64,000 bases of DNA, taken from positions 78,306,001-78,370,000 of the forward strand of contig JANJGN010000018.1 in assembly GCA_026770705.1 (NCBI GenBank), read 5' to 3'. The notes below the pieces were generated by a model that worked only from the letters and a program-made list of their open reading frames with translations, did no database searches and was not told where the DNA came from. The position numbers and the translations under genes were made by a program. The stretch comes from Isurus oxyrinchus (taxonomy: Eukaryota). Positions 27,101 to 40,273 of the stretch are shown one piece after another; the first letter of the stretch is position 1; each line of letters starts with the position of its first letter.

Positions 27101-29832
27101 AGAAATGTCCATAATAATTGATCATTCCTAGGAATGATTTGAGCTTGGAGGTGTTCTTTGGCGCAAGTGCCTCTCTTATGGCTCTCACATATTTCTCAGC
27201 TGAATGGAGGCCCTGTGAATATACCTGGTGACCCAAATAGATGACCTCCCTCACTTGAAACATGCACTCTTCTTTTTTAAACACACTCCAGCCTGCAAGA
27301 AATGTTTTAGGACTTCTAAGTTCACCAAATGCTCCTTTTCAGTGAGTCCTATCAGCAGGACATCACCTAAATAAACTATAACATGGCGCAATCCCTGCAA
27401 TAAACTCTCCACTGTTCTTTGGAAGATGGCACAAGCTGAGGAGAAGCCGAAAGGCAAACGGGTAAGTGGTACAACCCTTTGTGTGTATTAATTGTGACAA
27501 ATTCCAGGAGGCATTCTCTAACACTAAATTTTGATAAGCATGACTCATATCAAGCTCCTTGTAGGTGGTTCCACCTGCCAGCTTAGCATATAGGTCTTCA
27601 ATTTTTGATATGGGGTGCCTGTCCAGCTTAGCCACTTTATTAACTGTCAATTTATAGTCTCCACATCCGCTTTAGTTGGGTTTAAGTACGGGGACTATTG
27701 GTGCTGCCCATTCTGAGAACTGCACAGGCTGTATAATACCCTGTTTCTCTAATCTGTCCAGTTCAGTGTTGAACTTTTCCCACATTGCATAAGGTACTGG
27801 TCTTGCATTCATGAATCAGAGTCTTGCCTCTGGATCCACATGAATTCTTGCTTGCAGCCCTTGGATCTTCCCAAGTTTGTCCTTGAAGACTGAGGCATAT
27901 TTTTATAGTAGGTCTGGTAATCCACTTGCTCTCGGCTGGAAAATTTCAGCCCATTCTAACTTAATCTCCTTTAGCCAGTTTTGTCCAAGGAAACTTGGCC
28001 TCTTGCCTGCTACTACCATCAAGGGTAGTTTTACTGATTGGCTTCTGTAATGGACAGTAACTCCGCTAATGCCTTTGATTTGGATGTCTTCACCAGTGTA
28101 TGTTTTTAATTTGGCATCAGTTTCTTCCAAATTTAATTTATATTCACCATAATTCAGATAATTGAAGGTGTGTTCACCAATCACTGTAGTGAAAGCTCCT
28201 GTGTCCACTTCCCTTCTAATAGGTCTGCCATTTACCTTCACTGTTACATATATTGGTTCTGTCTTTCCAAGCTTCAAATTAAATAGTGAATAAATATCTG
28301 AATTTGTTGCTTCAGACTCTCCTACACTGTAGATCTCCTGGATTTTTTTCTTTTATTCGAAAGTCGGCCTGATTCTTTCCTTCCACTGTCTCATTAGGTG
28401 CCTGTTCGATGATAATAAAAACATTTGATTTTTTTAAACTGCCAGTCATTACAAGTTTGCCTGTTTCCACTTCTGTTGCAATTATTCCTTATTTTCGCAG
28501 CTAAGTCATTTCTTTTTATTAGTCTGCCTGTGGTGGCTGTTTTCTGCTTCTCGGCAGAGTCTTGCATTTTTGCACCCTTTTTGGCTGGGGCTTCCCACCT
28601 AACATGGAGGATGGTGTCATTTTTCACTCCTTGTATGGCTTTCAATCCCTTACTGTGCTTTCATGGCCAGTGCTATCTTTAGCGCCTTCTTAAAATCCAA
28701 ATTTATTTCAGACAGTAATCTCTTCTGAATCATGTCTTCATTCACACCACACACTAAACAATTTCTGAGTATGTCATTTAAAGATATGCCAAACTCACAA
28801 TGTTCTGTTAACTGTTTCAAACTTGCCACATAACAAGCAACTGTCTCCCTCAGGATTCTATTTCTTGAGTTAAATTTGGAACATCGCGTCATTGCTGAGG
28901 GCTTTGGCTGGTAATAACTCTTTTTGAGGTCCACCAAGTCATCAAAACCTTTTGAATCGGGGGCATTGGGTGCTGTCAAACTTCAAGTCAAGCCATAGGC
29001 TTTACTCTCATATGTAGATAAGAAGATCGCTCGCCTCTTCTCTTCCCCTGTAATGTTGTTTGCTTGGAAAAAGAACATGAGCCATTCAACATAATGTGAG
29101 CAATCACCTGTGGCTGGGTGAAAGAATCAATTCTTCCAAATTGCGGCATTCTGTGAGGGGATTGCTTCAATGATTAGGATAGAAATTCTACTTACAATTA
29201 CCATGCGAGGTATAGCCTGATTTTATTTCTCTTGATCTCTTTCATTAACTTGTTTTGTTCTTGAAGCTAATTTATTGTATCTTCATTTTTTCCTTGTTGC
29301 CAGTTTGTTGGGACTTATGGATCCAGGTTGCACGCTTGTTTTGGGATGGACGAGTTGGTATGATAGACAGAGTTAACCAGCAGACCGTTCTTAGATGGAA
29401 CACATTCTGTTTATTCACAAACATACTCAGCAGCTACACTTGTGTGCTTCCAACTCAAACCCTGTCTCCATACTTCTCCTTACTAACTCAGACTACTGAC
29501 TACAGAGGTAGCATGTACTACTCCTCTATTGGTTACATAGGATCATGTGAACTTCTTTTATAACATCCTTCTTAAAGGCATACTACAAAATTACATAAAA
29601 CCATAATTACCACACAAATGTATTTGTTTTTTGAGGCTGAAGGAGAACCAGTAGATATTTGATACCTGGGTTTCCAAAAGGCATTCAGTGAGGTGCCACA
29701 CAAAAGGTTAATAGGCAAGATAAGGGCTCATGGAGTTGGGGATCGTATATTAGCATGGATAGAGGATTGGTTAATGGATAGCAGGCTCAATGGATCGTGT
29801 GGTCTACTCCTGCTCCTATTTCTTATGTTCTT
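24145..29832 (+). mobile_element. CR1 ORF2 fragment split by the Gypsy element
   Basis: YENKLARNIKTDCKSFYK and ANVTSLFKKG..NQHGF..CLTN before 24761. Continues after 29619 to a tttcttatgttc tail. Confidence 0.85.
24761..29614 (-). mobile_element. Complete Gypsy (Mag-like) LTR retrotransposon, decayed
   Basis: LTRs 24761-25075 and 29306-29614. 5-bp TSD CAAAT (24756-24760, 29615-29619). PPT revcomp of tccctcctccttt (~25076); PBS TGGCAACAAG. Gag, protease (EVDTGA), RT and integrase fragments. Confidence 0.95.
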
Positions 29833-30619
29833 TTTTCTTGAGTCAAAATCAATAACAGTTTAGAGAGATTGACAGAAATGAAAATGTTATAAATTATTGA
29901 TGCCTTCTTGAAACTCAGCCATACAAGTTCACAATTTTAGACACTTGCCATGTCCAACATAGAGGTCTGTCAGCTATTTAAAATAATTTTAAAGTTAATT
30001 ATGCTGGTAAAGCACATTGTAAAGGTTTGAACTGTTTCTGTGATATCCAGATTTCATTCACAGATACAGCAATTTACTGATGACACAAAAATGTAAATCA
30101 GCAGTTCTGTCCAGCAGAGAGATTAAATTTTAAACATTTGCAATAAAATGACTTTTTGTTTTTAGAAAATCTGGCAAGTTAAAATCTGGCAAGTTATAGA
30201 AAAAAGTGTATAAATATAGCAATTTGAAGGTAATTCTTCCAATAACATGTTTAATTGATGATTTTCCAATTATCTTTATTAAAATTTATGAAATTTCTTA
30301 ACTTCACTCAAGGCATGTTGGCCTTTATTGCAAGGGGATTGGAGTACAAGAATAAAGAATTCTTGTTACAGTTGTGCAGAGTTTTGGTGAGACCACATGT
30401 GGAGTATTGTGTGAAGTTTTGGTCTCCGCATGTAAGAAATGATATACACGGAGGCAGTTTCTGGCCCTGGAGACCTTACTCAAGAGTTTTCTGAAATTTC
30501 AATCTGTAATAAGTTTTCAATTGGACAAAAAAAAATAACTTTATGCTAAGTTTTTACTTCCATGGGTACTATTCTATTGGTAAATTTGAAAACACTATAC
30601 GAAAGAACCGTTAAAGTCA

Positions 30620-30890
30620 TTGGCCAGGATTTATGCTTTATGATGATAATTGAGGAATAAGTATAGACCAGGATACATGTTCTTCAAAATAGTGCCATGT
30701 CATCCTTTACATCCAGAGCGCAGTTAGGGCCTCGGTTTAATATCTAATCCAAAAGATGCCATCTCTTACAGTGCAGTATTCCCTCAGTGCTGCACTGGAG
30801 TGTCAGTCTTGATTTTTGTCTGGAACAGTGACCTACAATCTTCTGACTCAGGGGTCTAAGTGCCAGCAACTGAACCATGTCTGTCATGGC
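30620..30890 (-). mobile_element. Old SINE with Deu-domain-like core
   Basis: aatagtgccatg...gggcctcggtttaa..catctcttacagtgcagtattccctcagtgctgcactggagtgtcag resembles the DeuSINE (AmnSINE/SacSINE) core as remembered. Confidence 0.6.
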
Positions 30891-31453
30891 CAAGCATTAT
30901 AATTCACAATATTAATCTACCGCCTCTGAATAACTCAATTTTAAATGGCTGAGAATGACTTTCAATACATACACAAATCCATTTTCTAGTTAGGTGGGGG
31001 TACAATAGTCAGTTCCTTAGTAAATTAGAAAAAAAATCATTCAAAGCCTTTCAAAATGGACCTATTAGTGCCCTTACACCCAATAGCAGCTTAATATTTA
31101 GAACCACCACACCCCCAACCTGCCAACCCACCTTACATAAGGCCGACAAATGAATGCAATTAGTGGAAACTCGCACAGATTATTAATTCACCCAGCAGAC
31201 ATGGTATGTTTCTATTGCAATATTTTTGAACTAATGTAAAAGATCGTGGAAACTCAAGTTGTGCTGAATGTATCTTGTCCTTAACGTTCTGCAATCTGTT
31301 GTGCTAGTTAAGCTAATATTGGGGAAAGTGTGCTGAAAAAGCCAGCATAATTGAGCAGAATCTCCAGACTGTAATATTTGTTTCAGTATTGCAACTGTCA
31401 TTACAGGGGTACTCTCTTTAAGAAAAAATGCTCAGCAAACTAATTTTGTTTGG

Positions 31454-33317
31454 AATTACCTGGAAAAACTCAGCAGGTCTGGCAGCATCGGCGGGGAAGA
31501 AAAGTGTTGACGTTTCGAGTCCTCATGACCCTTCGACAGAACTTGAGTTCGAGTCCAAGAAAAAGTTGAAATATAAGCTGGTTTAAGGTGTGTGTGTGGG
31601 GGGCGGAGAGATAGAGAGAGAGAGAGGTGGTTGTATGGACAAACAAGCTCGAAACGTCAACTCTTTTCTTCTCCGCCGATGCTGCCAGACCTGCTGAGTT
31701 TTTCCAGGTAATTCTGTTTTTGTTTTGGATTTCCAGCATCCGCAGTTTTTTTGTTTTATCTCAGTGATAGAAGCAGATCATCAAAAGATGTCAACAACAA
31801 TGGTACAATAGAACACATAGGTGTTAAAGTTAAAGTTGGTGATATTATCTAAACGAATGTGCTAATTAAGAATGGATGGTAGGGCGCTCAAGGTATAGCT
31901 CTAATGGGGGTGGGGAGAGCATAAAAGATTTTAAAATATTTAAAAATAATGGAAATAGGTGGGAAAAGAAAAATCTATATAATTTATTGGAAAAAAAAGG
32001 GGGAAACAGAAATGGGGTGGGGATGGGGGAGGGAGCTCACGACCTAAAGTTGTTGAATTCAATATTCAGTCCAGAAGGCTGTAAGGTGCCTAGTCGGAAG
32101 ATGAGGTGTTGTTCCTCCAGTTTGCATTGGGCTTCACTGGAACAATGCAGCAAGCCAAGGACAGACATGTGGGCAAGAGAGCAGGGTGGAGTGTTAAAAT
32201 GGCAAGCGACAGGGAGGTTTGGGTCATTCTTGCGGACAGACCGCAGGTGTTCTGCAAAGCGGTCGCCCAGTTTACGTTTGAACCAAACACATCTTCCCTT
32301 CACCCCCCTTATCGGCATTCCGTAGGTATCGCTCCCTCCGGGACACCCTGGTCCACTCCTCCATCACCCCCTACTCCTCAACCCCCTCCTATGGCACCAC
32401 CCCATGCCCACGCAAAAGATGTAACACCTGCCCCTTCATTTCCTCTCTCCTCACCATCCAAGGGCCCAAACACTCCTTTCAAGTGAAGCAGCATTTCACT
32501 TGCATTTCCCCCAACTTAGTCTACTGCATTCGTTGCTCCCAATGTGGTCTCCTCTACATTGGAGAGACCAAACGTAAACTGGGTGACCGCTTTGCAGAAC
32601 ACCTGCGGTCTGTCCGCAAGAATGACCCAAACCTCCCTGTCGCTTGCCATTTTAACACTCCACCCTGCTCTCCTGCCCACATGTCTTGCTGCATTGTTCC
32701 AGTGAAGCCCAACGCAAACTGGAGGAACATCTTATCTTCCGACTAGGCACCTTACAGCCTTCCGGACTGAATATTGAATTCAACAACTTTAGGTCGTGAG
32801 CTCCCTCCCCCATCCCCACCCCATTTCTGTTTCCCCCTTTTTTTTTCCAATAAATTATATAGATTTTTCTTTTCCCACCTATTTCCATTATTTTTAAATA
32901 TTTTAAAATCTTTTATGCTCTCCCCACCCCCATTAGAGCTATACCTTGAGTGCCCTACCATCCATTCTTAATTAGCACATTCGTTTAGATAATATCACCA
33001 ACTTTAACTTTAACACCTATGTGTTCTATTGTACCATTGTTGTTGACATCTTTTGATGATCTGCTTCTATCACTGCTTGTTTGTCCATACAACCACCTCT
33101 CTCTCTCTCTATCTCTCCGCCCCCCACACACACACCTTAAACCAGCTTATATTTCAACTTTTTCTTGGACTCGAACTCAAGTTCTGTCGAAGGGTCATGA
33201 GGACTCGAAACGTCAACTCTTTTCTTCCCCGCCGATGCTGCCAGACCTGCTGAGTTTTTCCAGGTAATTCTGTTTTTGTTTTGGATTTCCAGCATCCGCA
33301 GTTTTTTTGTTTTGTTT
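31454..33317. mobile_element. Penelope-like element: 3' part (+, 32281-33317) with long inverted copy (31454-32280)
   Basis: GIY-YIG endonuclease NLVYCIRCSQCGLLYIGETKRKLGDRFAEH...LGTLQPSGLN on both strands. 13-bp TSD taattttgtttgg (31441-31453, 33318-33330). Confidence 0.93.
33180..33218 (+). ncRNA. Minimal type I hammerhead ribozyme motif (variant core CUGUCGA) in Penelope terminus
   Basis: AGUU-CUGUCGA-A-GGGUC-augag-GACUC-GAAA-CG-UC-AACU. Stem I AGUU/AACU, stem II GGGUC/GACUC, palindromic ACGU mini stem III, GUC cleavage triplet. Confidence 0.75.
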
Positions 33318-33911
33318 TAATTTTGTTTGGGCTGAGCAGTAGCAACACCATTTTGTGTGCATTCAAACTGAAGAAGCTCTCCTCACAATGACGCATGCAG
33401 AGTTCTGTTTGAATTCAACACGTTCGTTGTCTCCATGATTATTCCTGCATTTTCTCACGTGCTGAATGCAGAAGCATTCAAGCAGAATTTTACCCATGAA
33501 TGACAGAAAGATCACTTCCAAATTAAGCTCCCTCTGCTGGACCATATGGAACTGCAAAATACTGTATCAAAGATGAACAGATTCAGAAGTTGGATGACGT
33601 TAACACACAACCTATTCAATTGTGATCTTTTGATTTGCTGCTGAGAGGTGGACAATGCTTAAGGCAATGTTTACTGTCCATTTACAGCTTTCCCCAAGGC
33701 ATTAAAAACCAATCACATTATGTGAGATTGGAGTCAGATGTAATTCGGCTGGATAATGGTGACAGGCTCCCTACCCGAAGGACATTAGTTAACCAGTTGG
33801 ATTTTTACACTACTGACAGCTTTTGTTGCAATTTCATCTACTCGTAATCCACAAATTCCCATGTTTATTGAATTAAATTTCCTGTCTTGCCATGCTGGAT
33901 TAGAACTCATG

Positions 33912-36460
33912 GGTCAGAATTTTACATTCGGTGTGCGGTCTCAGTGGGAGAGGGCAGGGGCGGGCAGGAAGCCGACCCACACCCGCGATCGGCTCCGCAC
34001 CGCACGGGTGGGCCAACTAAGGCCCACCCAATGTAAGACACGACAGCGGGAACAGCAAGAAGGGGCATGTGGGGGCGGGAGCTCAATGTCCGCTGGGTCA
34101 AATGGCGACCCAGCGGCTGTTTCAAAAGTGGCTGTGGCAGCCATGGGAAGGCTGTCAGTGAAGCAGACGCACCTCATCCTGGAGCTCATTACTGGTGAAC
34201 ACGCGGGAGGGCAGGTCGGGAGTGGGAAGGGATGGGCAGTCGGTCCCGTGTTTTTCTGATGAGTGTCTCGCTGCCCTCCTGGAGGAGGTGGCAGCATGGA
34301 AAGAGATCCTTGTCCCCCCCACCCCCCCCACCTCACCAAATATGCCTGGTAGGAGGTGGCATCCAGGGTGAGCTCCCATGATGTGGTGATCTCCTGCGAT
34401 CAGGAAGGGTGAGTACTGTGTTTGCATCGGTCACATAGCACTGCAGTTAGGAGCTGGCCCCCACCACTCCCCCAACCCCGCTTAGACCTCAGAGGTCTTA
34501 GAGTGTGAGTGGCAAATGTCAATGAGGCAGCATCTGGGCAAGGGGATGAGCCCTGGCTCTTGGACTGAGTGTCTTGCAGCTCCAGGGTCACGAATTGGCT
34601 GAGCCCTGCGAGGTGTCCCTCAGGTGGGGTTGACCAGGCTGCAATGGCACTGCAGGTAGAGAGTGGATGAATCAATGCTCCTCTGTCCTTTCAGGAGAAG
34701 ACAGCCCACAATAATGTAGAGAGATTGCGGACTGGTGGAGGACCGGCCTGCTTATTTGTCCTAACTCGATACGAGCAGGAGGTCCTGGAGCTGGAGAGGC
34801 GCCATGCGCTTAGGTCAACCAGCTGTAGTGAGGTTGGGGTGCTACAGTGCAGTGCACTGAGGTCAGAATGTCTGTAAAAGCAACCATTCCCCTGTAGTCT
34901 CTATATTGATGTGAGCCTTGAACGTGGAGTCCCCATTGATAATGGAAAGATGAGGGCAGCCTGATCTGGGTGCCAGGCAAGCAGAGTAACAGTGTAATGA
35001 CTTCAACCAATGATATGTCCTTGTTATTCCTTTCAGGCTCACCAGCAGCCCATCGGGGTAAGGAGCCTGAAGGCCCACCACTGACCCCAGAGGACAGCAA
35101 CCATGGAAACACACCTGCATCACACCCTCTCTGCCAAGCAGGCACCAGCGCAGATACCAGCACCTTGGTGGGCTTTAGATCGGCGGATAGTATCTCAGTC
35201 ACAGCGGTGAGGGCACTTCACACTTGCTTGAGGTGCAGGTGGAGGCAGAGAGTGTCCAGTGTGCCAGCAGTTGAAGGACCGCTGGGGACCAGGAACATGC
35301 TCAGCCGGTGGCTGATGATGTGCCCCTGGAGTCGTCCCTGAGGCAGCAGATGCTGGAAGTCCAGCAGGGTGTGCGGGAGGATCTGGTGGAGAAATATGAG
35401 GGAATGCTGCCATGGTCTCCGTTGTGGAGGAGTCCTTGCGGAGCATAAGCAATGCAATGATCCTCATGGCAGAGCACAATGCCTCCTCCCTGGAGAGAGT
35501 GGCGACTCTCATGGAGAGGTTCCTCCAGGAGCTGAATCAGGGGTTCCTGGGGATGCGCTCGGACCTGCAAGCTCTCACATTGGCAATGACCTCAGGTGGC
35601 CACTGTCAGTGTGGGAGATGGATTGGGCACCCAGTAACTCAGCTTGGTGCCCGTCCATCAATGGTGAGCAGGGAGGTCCAAAGCAACCTTACATTGGTGC
35701 ACGAGCTGCTTGTTGTCTCTGCGGGCGCCTCTCAGAATGAGGGTAGCGGCTCCTCCGCCTCCCCTGTCAGTGACCATGGCATCTGATGAGGCTGCGGTGA
35801 CTGGGGAGATGCCAGCTGTGGCACTGGCTGCTTCCTCCCAGGTGGAGCCAGCATAGGCTCCATAGGCCAGAAGAAACCTGCCAAGGTCATCAAGGTCAAC
35901 AGGATAGCAGAGTGAGCAGGCTGTCTCCAATGCCGGTGCCAGTGAGGGTTGAGCACCTGGATGTAGCACCCGCAAGTGAAAACTTAAAACATCTTAAGCA
36001 CAACACAGGCTTATACTGGTGATATTTTTTCCTCTACTTTTATGTTAGATGTTATTTGGTGTGATGGATAACACCTATCAATTTCATTTGTATTATATAT
36101 GCCAGGCACAAAGCATTAAATGTGTTTCTGTTCAACAAGCCGCTGGGTGCTTCATTAGTTCTGCAGGTGCAGGGTAACACATAATGTTACGAGTGACGTG
36201 TTTGTCATTGAGTTTTATTGAAACGGCACACAGTGTATGTTGTTCACCAAGCAAATGTTCCTGTCAGGTATCGAGTGTGGAGCCTGCAGCCCCGGCATGT
36301 GGTGGGGGTTCTTATTTGGTAGGCTAGCTGAAGGGCGTTGGATCAAAGTATCCCGGGTGTCCCTGCCTCCCTGGAGGCTGCCCAGGTCAGAATTCTCCTG
36401 ACCGTGCTCGTCCTCTGACTCATTACTGGACTCAACAGAGTTTGACAATGATAGAAAATG
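33912..36460 (+). mobile_element. Partial Harbinger transposon (left TIR, Myb/SANT gene, transposase C-terminus)
   Basis: Starts GGTCAGAATTTTAC after ATG. GC-rich coding remnants (e.g. MVSVVEESLRSISNAM..LERVATLMERF). Minus-strand acidic transposase end ..GRDTRDTLIQR. No right TIR found. Confidence 0.7.
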
Positions 36461-36479
36461 AGTGATAACAATTCCACTG

Positions 36480-36870
36480 CCTGTTGTGAGTCCCACCTGA
36501 TTTTCCTTTCTTTCCATCGCCTCTAGCCATCATTGACTCTGTCAAAATCTTTGTTTCTCCATTTTAGCAATATTACCACATCAAGTGTTCCTTTGACCTT
36601 CTTGGTCTTGTTCTTCCTGAGCTGTAATGAGGCCTAATCTATTTCTAGCCCACAACCTCGCACAATCTCCTAATCAAAGTCAGTTTTGCTTCAAAATTCT
36701 AAAACAGACACTTTATTCAGTCTTTCCTTCCAGCTACCTTTCCTTCCAGCTAAACTTTTAAGCTTAACATTTGCGTCAGGCGATTGCTAATCTTATCTTT
36801 TTTTCAACCATGATGGTTTCCTGTGCTGAGCAACTTGCCTCCTCGCCTTGATTGAACGTTGCTTATCTTT
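36480..36870 (-). pseudogene. MYH pseudo-exons, S2 rod region
   Basis: QETIM..gataag (cf. QESIMDLENDK), NFE.., LQLRK, IAKMEKQR..LEAMER (cf. [24 protein letters not shown]) in the correct order. Confidence 0.65.
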
Positions 36871-37100
36871 GAGAAAATATTTAGAATTGCTAAACCACAT
36901 ACTTACATCTCTGTCACTTGCCAATGCCAGACTTACCTCTTTGACCAAGATTTTGGCTTTGGGCCCTTCTAGTTTGCCAATGTGGCTGGTGTTAAATTTA
37001 GCTTGATAACGTTCCTGTGAAGTGCCTCAGGAATAGTATATTAAAGGTTTTACTACATCAAAGACACCTCACAAATGCAAGTTGTTATTGTTATTTCCTA

Positions 37101-37807
37101 TATCATGAAGCTATTAATGTATATAATATTATTGGAAAATATTTTTCTTTTAAAACAGAGGTTTAGTCTGTGGGTGTGTCTAACTGGATTGAAGCCAGCT
37201 AGTCTGTGTACTAGTTTTGAAATGTAAGAGAGATAGCTTGTATTTGCATTTTTTGAATAGAGCAAGAAGTGGGGTGAATTATGGCACCTAGCGAACAGAG
37301 ACCAAGCAAAATGTTTATATTGCTAATAAAATTGGTACGAATGGTTTTATTGTCAGAAGAGGCTGGTGATACAATGAGAATTTACATTCAATGAGCAGTT
37401 TTCGGGTGTGCAGAGGAGAGGCAATGTAAGATCAAAAGACATCTATAAGCCTCCAACTGGCTCCACAGGAACCAAAATGAAAGGAACCTCATTTTGAATT
37501 CATAAGGTGAAAATGCTTTATCTGTTGTCTGGTTAAGTCTATGAGTTGCTGTTGCCTTAATGGAGATTAGTTTGGGAATTTGTTAAAAGTTATTTGTAGC
37601 CATGTGTATATATTTAACTTGTGTAAATTAATAAAATGTTTCATTTAGCTTAATATAAAACATCTCAAGAATTGATAGTATTATTCCTGAATTTAGAGCT
37701 GCATCTCAAACATAACACTCAAAATTATAGTTTATGACAGCTGGTTAAAGTTTCCCTCTGGGATGTTTTTAAAGTAACTCAGCTTTGCCAACTGCTCGGA
37801 CATAACA
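37101..37807 (+). mobile_element. Solo LTR
   Basis: Begins tatcatgaagctat (cf. tgtcatgaaactat at the start of the 63372 LTR) and ends cataaca. Contains AATAAA; homologous to 1-779. TSD not clear. Confidence 0.65.
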
Positions 37808-38188
37808 CCCTGTAACTTCCAGGAAGCTGAGAATTAGTCAAGCTGACATTGTTCACATGACATGTGACATGTAAAAACATTCTTTTAAACAAGGGAAAGC
37901 AAGAAAAATATCTAACAATATTTAGCTTGGTCAAAGGGCTATTGTACGAAATAAAGCATAAGACAGAGGGTATGAGCCAGTAATGTTTCATGATAAGCCA
38001 TGTGTCTGCATTCTGCTCCTTTCCCAACAGCAAAGTACAAACTTTATGCTAATAAGGCTGAGAATAGGGTGCAACTTGTGAAAGCGCTGCAAGGGTGATT
38101 AGCAGAAAAGATCCATTTGAAAGTAGCCCTATGTAGTCTTGAATGTTAGCCTCCAAGACAGGTGCTCCTCACAAGTATAATAAAAAGG

Positions 38189-38297
38189 TAAAAACAAAAA
38201 ACTGCGGATGCTGGAAATCCAAAACAAAAATAGAATTACCTGGAAAAACTCAGCAGGTCCGGCAGCATCGGCGGAGAAGAAAAGAGTTGACGTTTCA
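38189..38297 (-). mobile_element. Short Penelope terminal fragment
   Basis: taaaaacaaaaaactgcggatgctggaaatcc...gagttgacgtttc, the same as the other copies. Confidence 0.85.
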
Positions 38298-39613
38298 AGT
38301 AATTCAGTTTGCAGAGGGGCTGGTGTGAGGTCAGGAAATCTGGAAGAATGGGTTTCCCGAATGTCCCGTAGAATTTTACTGCAGGATTCCTGCCTCAGAC
38401 AGCCAGACTGAGGGGGATTGGTAGATTCGCCGACAGTTTAAATTTAGCTCTTCTCACCTCCTTTCAGCTGTCAGTTTTCCTGAGACCCGGGAAGCCTGAT
38501 GGCCTGTAGTTAAAAATAGAAACACTGTTAAAATGAAGATGTGCAGCCTAATTATAATATTTAAATGACCATCTCCTTCCCCTTAGTGGATTGGTCACCT
38601 GTCCCATCATAGAGCCATAGATATTTGAAGCACAGAAGGATGCCATCATGTCACTGCTGGTTTCTTGAAAGAGTAATTGTGCTCATTCCCAACACCCCCA
38701 CTTTCTGCCTGTAACCCTCTAAGTTTTTCATTCTTAAGCATCTGTCTAAGCCCCATTTAAAAATATTTATGGAATCAGATTGCATAAATCACCTTTTCAG
38801 GTCGTGCGATCCAGAGCCTGATGATTATGTGCCATTTTTTCGAAGAACAGGCAAGAATTCATATTATCTATGCAATACAGACGTATAGCACATCAACAGG
38901 CCTTGTCAAATGTGTTCAGAATTTTGAAATTGCAGATCTAATTTTCAGATGGAGAATGCTCTGTGAATAGGCATATTCAAATAAGTTGCTTACTTTCTTG
39001 CAAAATATCGTGAAAATATGTCTCTGTGCTTTATTCAGGGTCAACAGAATCAGGAGTAACATCCATGAGAGATCCCGATGCATCTTAGAAGTGTAAAAGT
39101 CCACGTTCATATAATCAGTGACTGACTTGAGGACCCCCACTGGATGCAGTAATACATCAATGGGCAACAATAACTTAAGTTGGCAATATCATGTTATGCC
39201 TCTGGTCAGACTGGCTGAAAATTTTTGAAAGCATGAAGACCAAGACAGACTGAACACAGGCATTTCTGTTATTGCTGGGAAATCTGAGCCACGAGTACAT
39301 AGAAAATAGGGTCAGAAGAAGGTGCTCGGAAGGAAAAATACACATACCAGTCCTTCCAATATTTTGAAATTAACAAGTAGGGGATGGCTGAGAACTTCAG
39401 CCGCAGATTATCACTGGTTTACAGGAAAAGGATGGGATAGCATCATACAAATTTGATGTCTGCACACACAGAGGGGAATTGTCCCAATTTGCACTGTGTG
39501 GTAGTGGGCGTGAAAAATGACATTTAACCTGTTGGCCGCAATGGTAGGTTTTCATGCCACAATGTCCTCTTCCCTCCTCATAAGTTTTGCAGTCACGGGA
39601 AACACCGGCAGCT

Positions 39614-39975
39614 GGCGTGGAGATGGTAGTGTAGTGGTAGCATCACCTAGCAATCCAGGGGCCCAGGCTAATGCTCTCGGGGCTGAGTTCAAATCTCACC
39701 ATGGCAGCTGATGGAATTTAAACTCAGTTAAAAAATTTGTCTCAGTAATGGTGACCATGAAACTGTCATTGATTGTTGGAAAAACCCATCTGGTTCACTA
39801 ATACCCTTTAGGGAAGGAAATCTTCCATCCTTACCTGGTCTATCCTACCTATGACTCCAGACCTGTAGCAATGTGGTTGACTCTTAACTGCCCTCTGAAA
39901 TGGGGCAATTAGGGATGGGCAACAAATGCTGGCCTAGCCAGTGACATCGACATCCCATGAATGAATACATTTTTT
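39614..39975 (+). mobile_element. tRNA-derived SINE with L2-like tail
   Basis: A-box-like tggtagtgtagtgg, B-box-like gagttcaaatc, tail catcccatgaatgaat. Second copy inverted at 43645-44007. Confidence 0.75.
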
Positions 39976-40273
39976 AAAAGCGTCTGATTTGCCCACCACA
40001 CATTTGCCTCATCACTTCCTCACTCTGAGTGCTATATTTAAACTGCAGCTGCAAGATCAGTTCTCAATGCTTGAAGCCCAGGATTGCTTCAGTGAAGACA
40101 TGGCCCCAAAAGTCAAGAAGAGTGCAGCCTCCCGATTCAGTGACACATCCCTGGGACGCCTTCTGGCTGCAGGAGGCCCATCAGTCTCACCATTCTGGCT
40201 TGGGTGGTAATGGCAGAGATGGTCAGTGCCAACACTGCACACAAGAGGTCAGTCATCCAGTGCAGAAAGGGGG

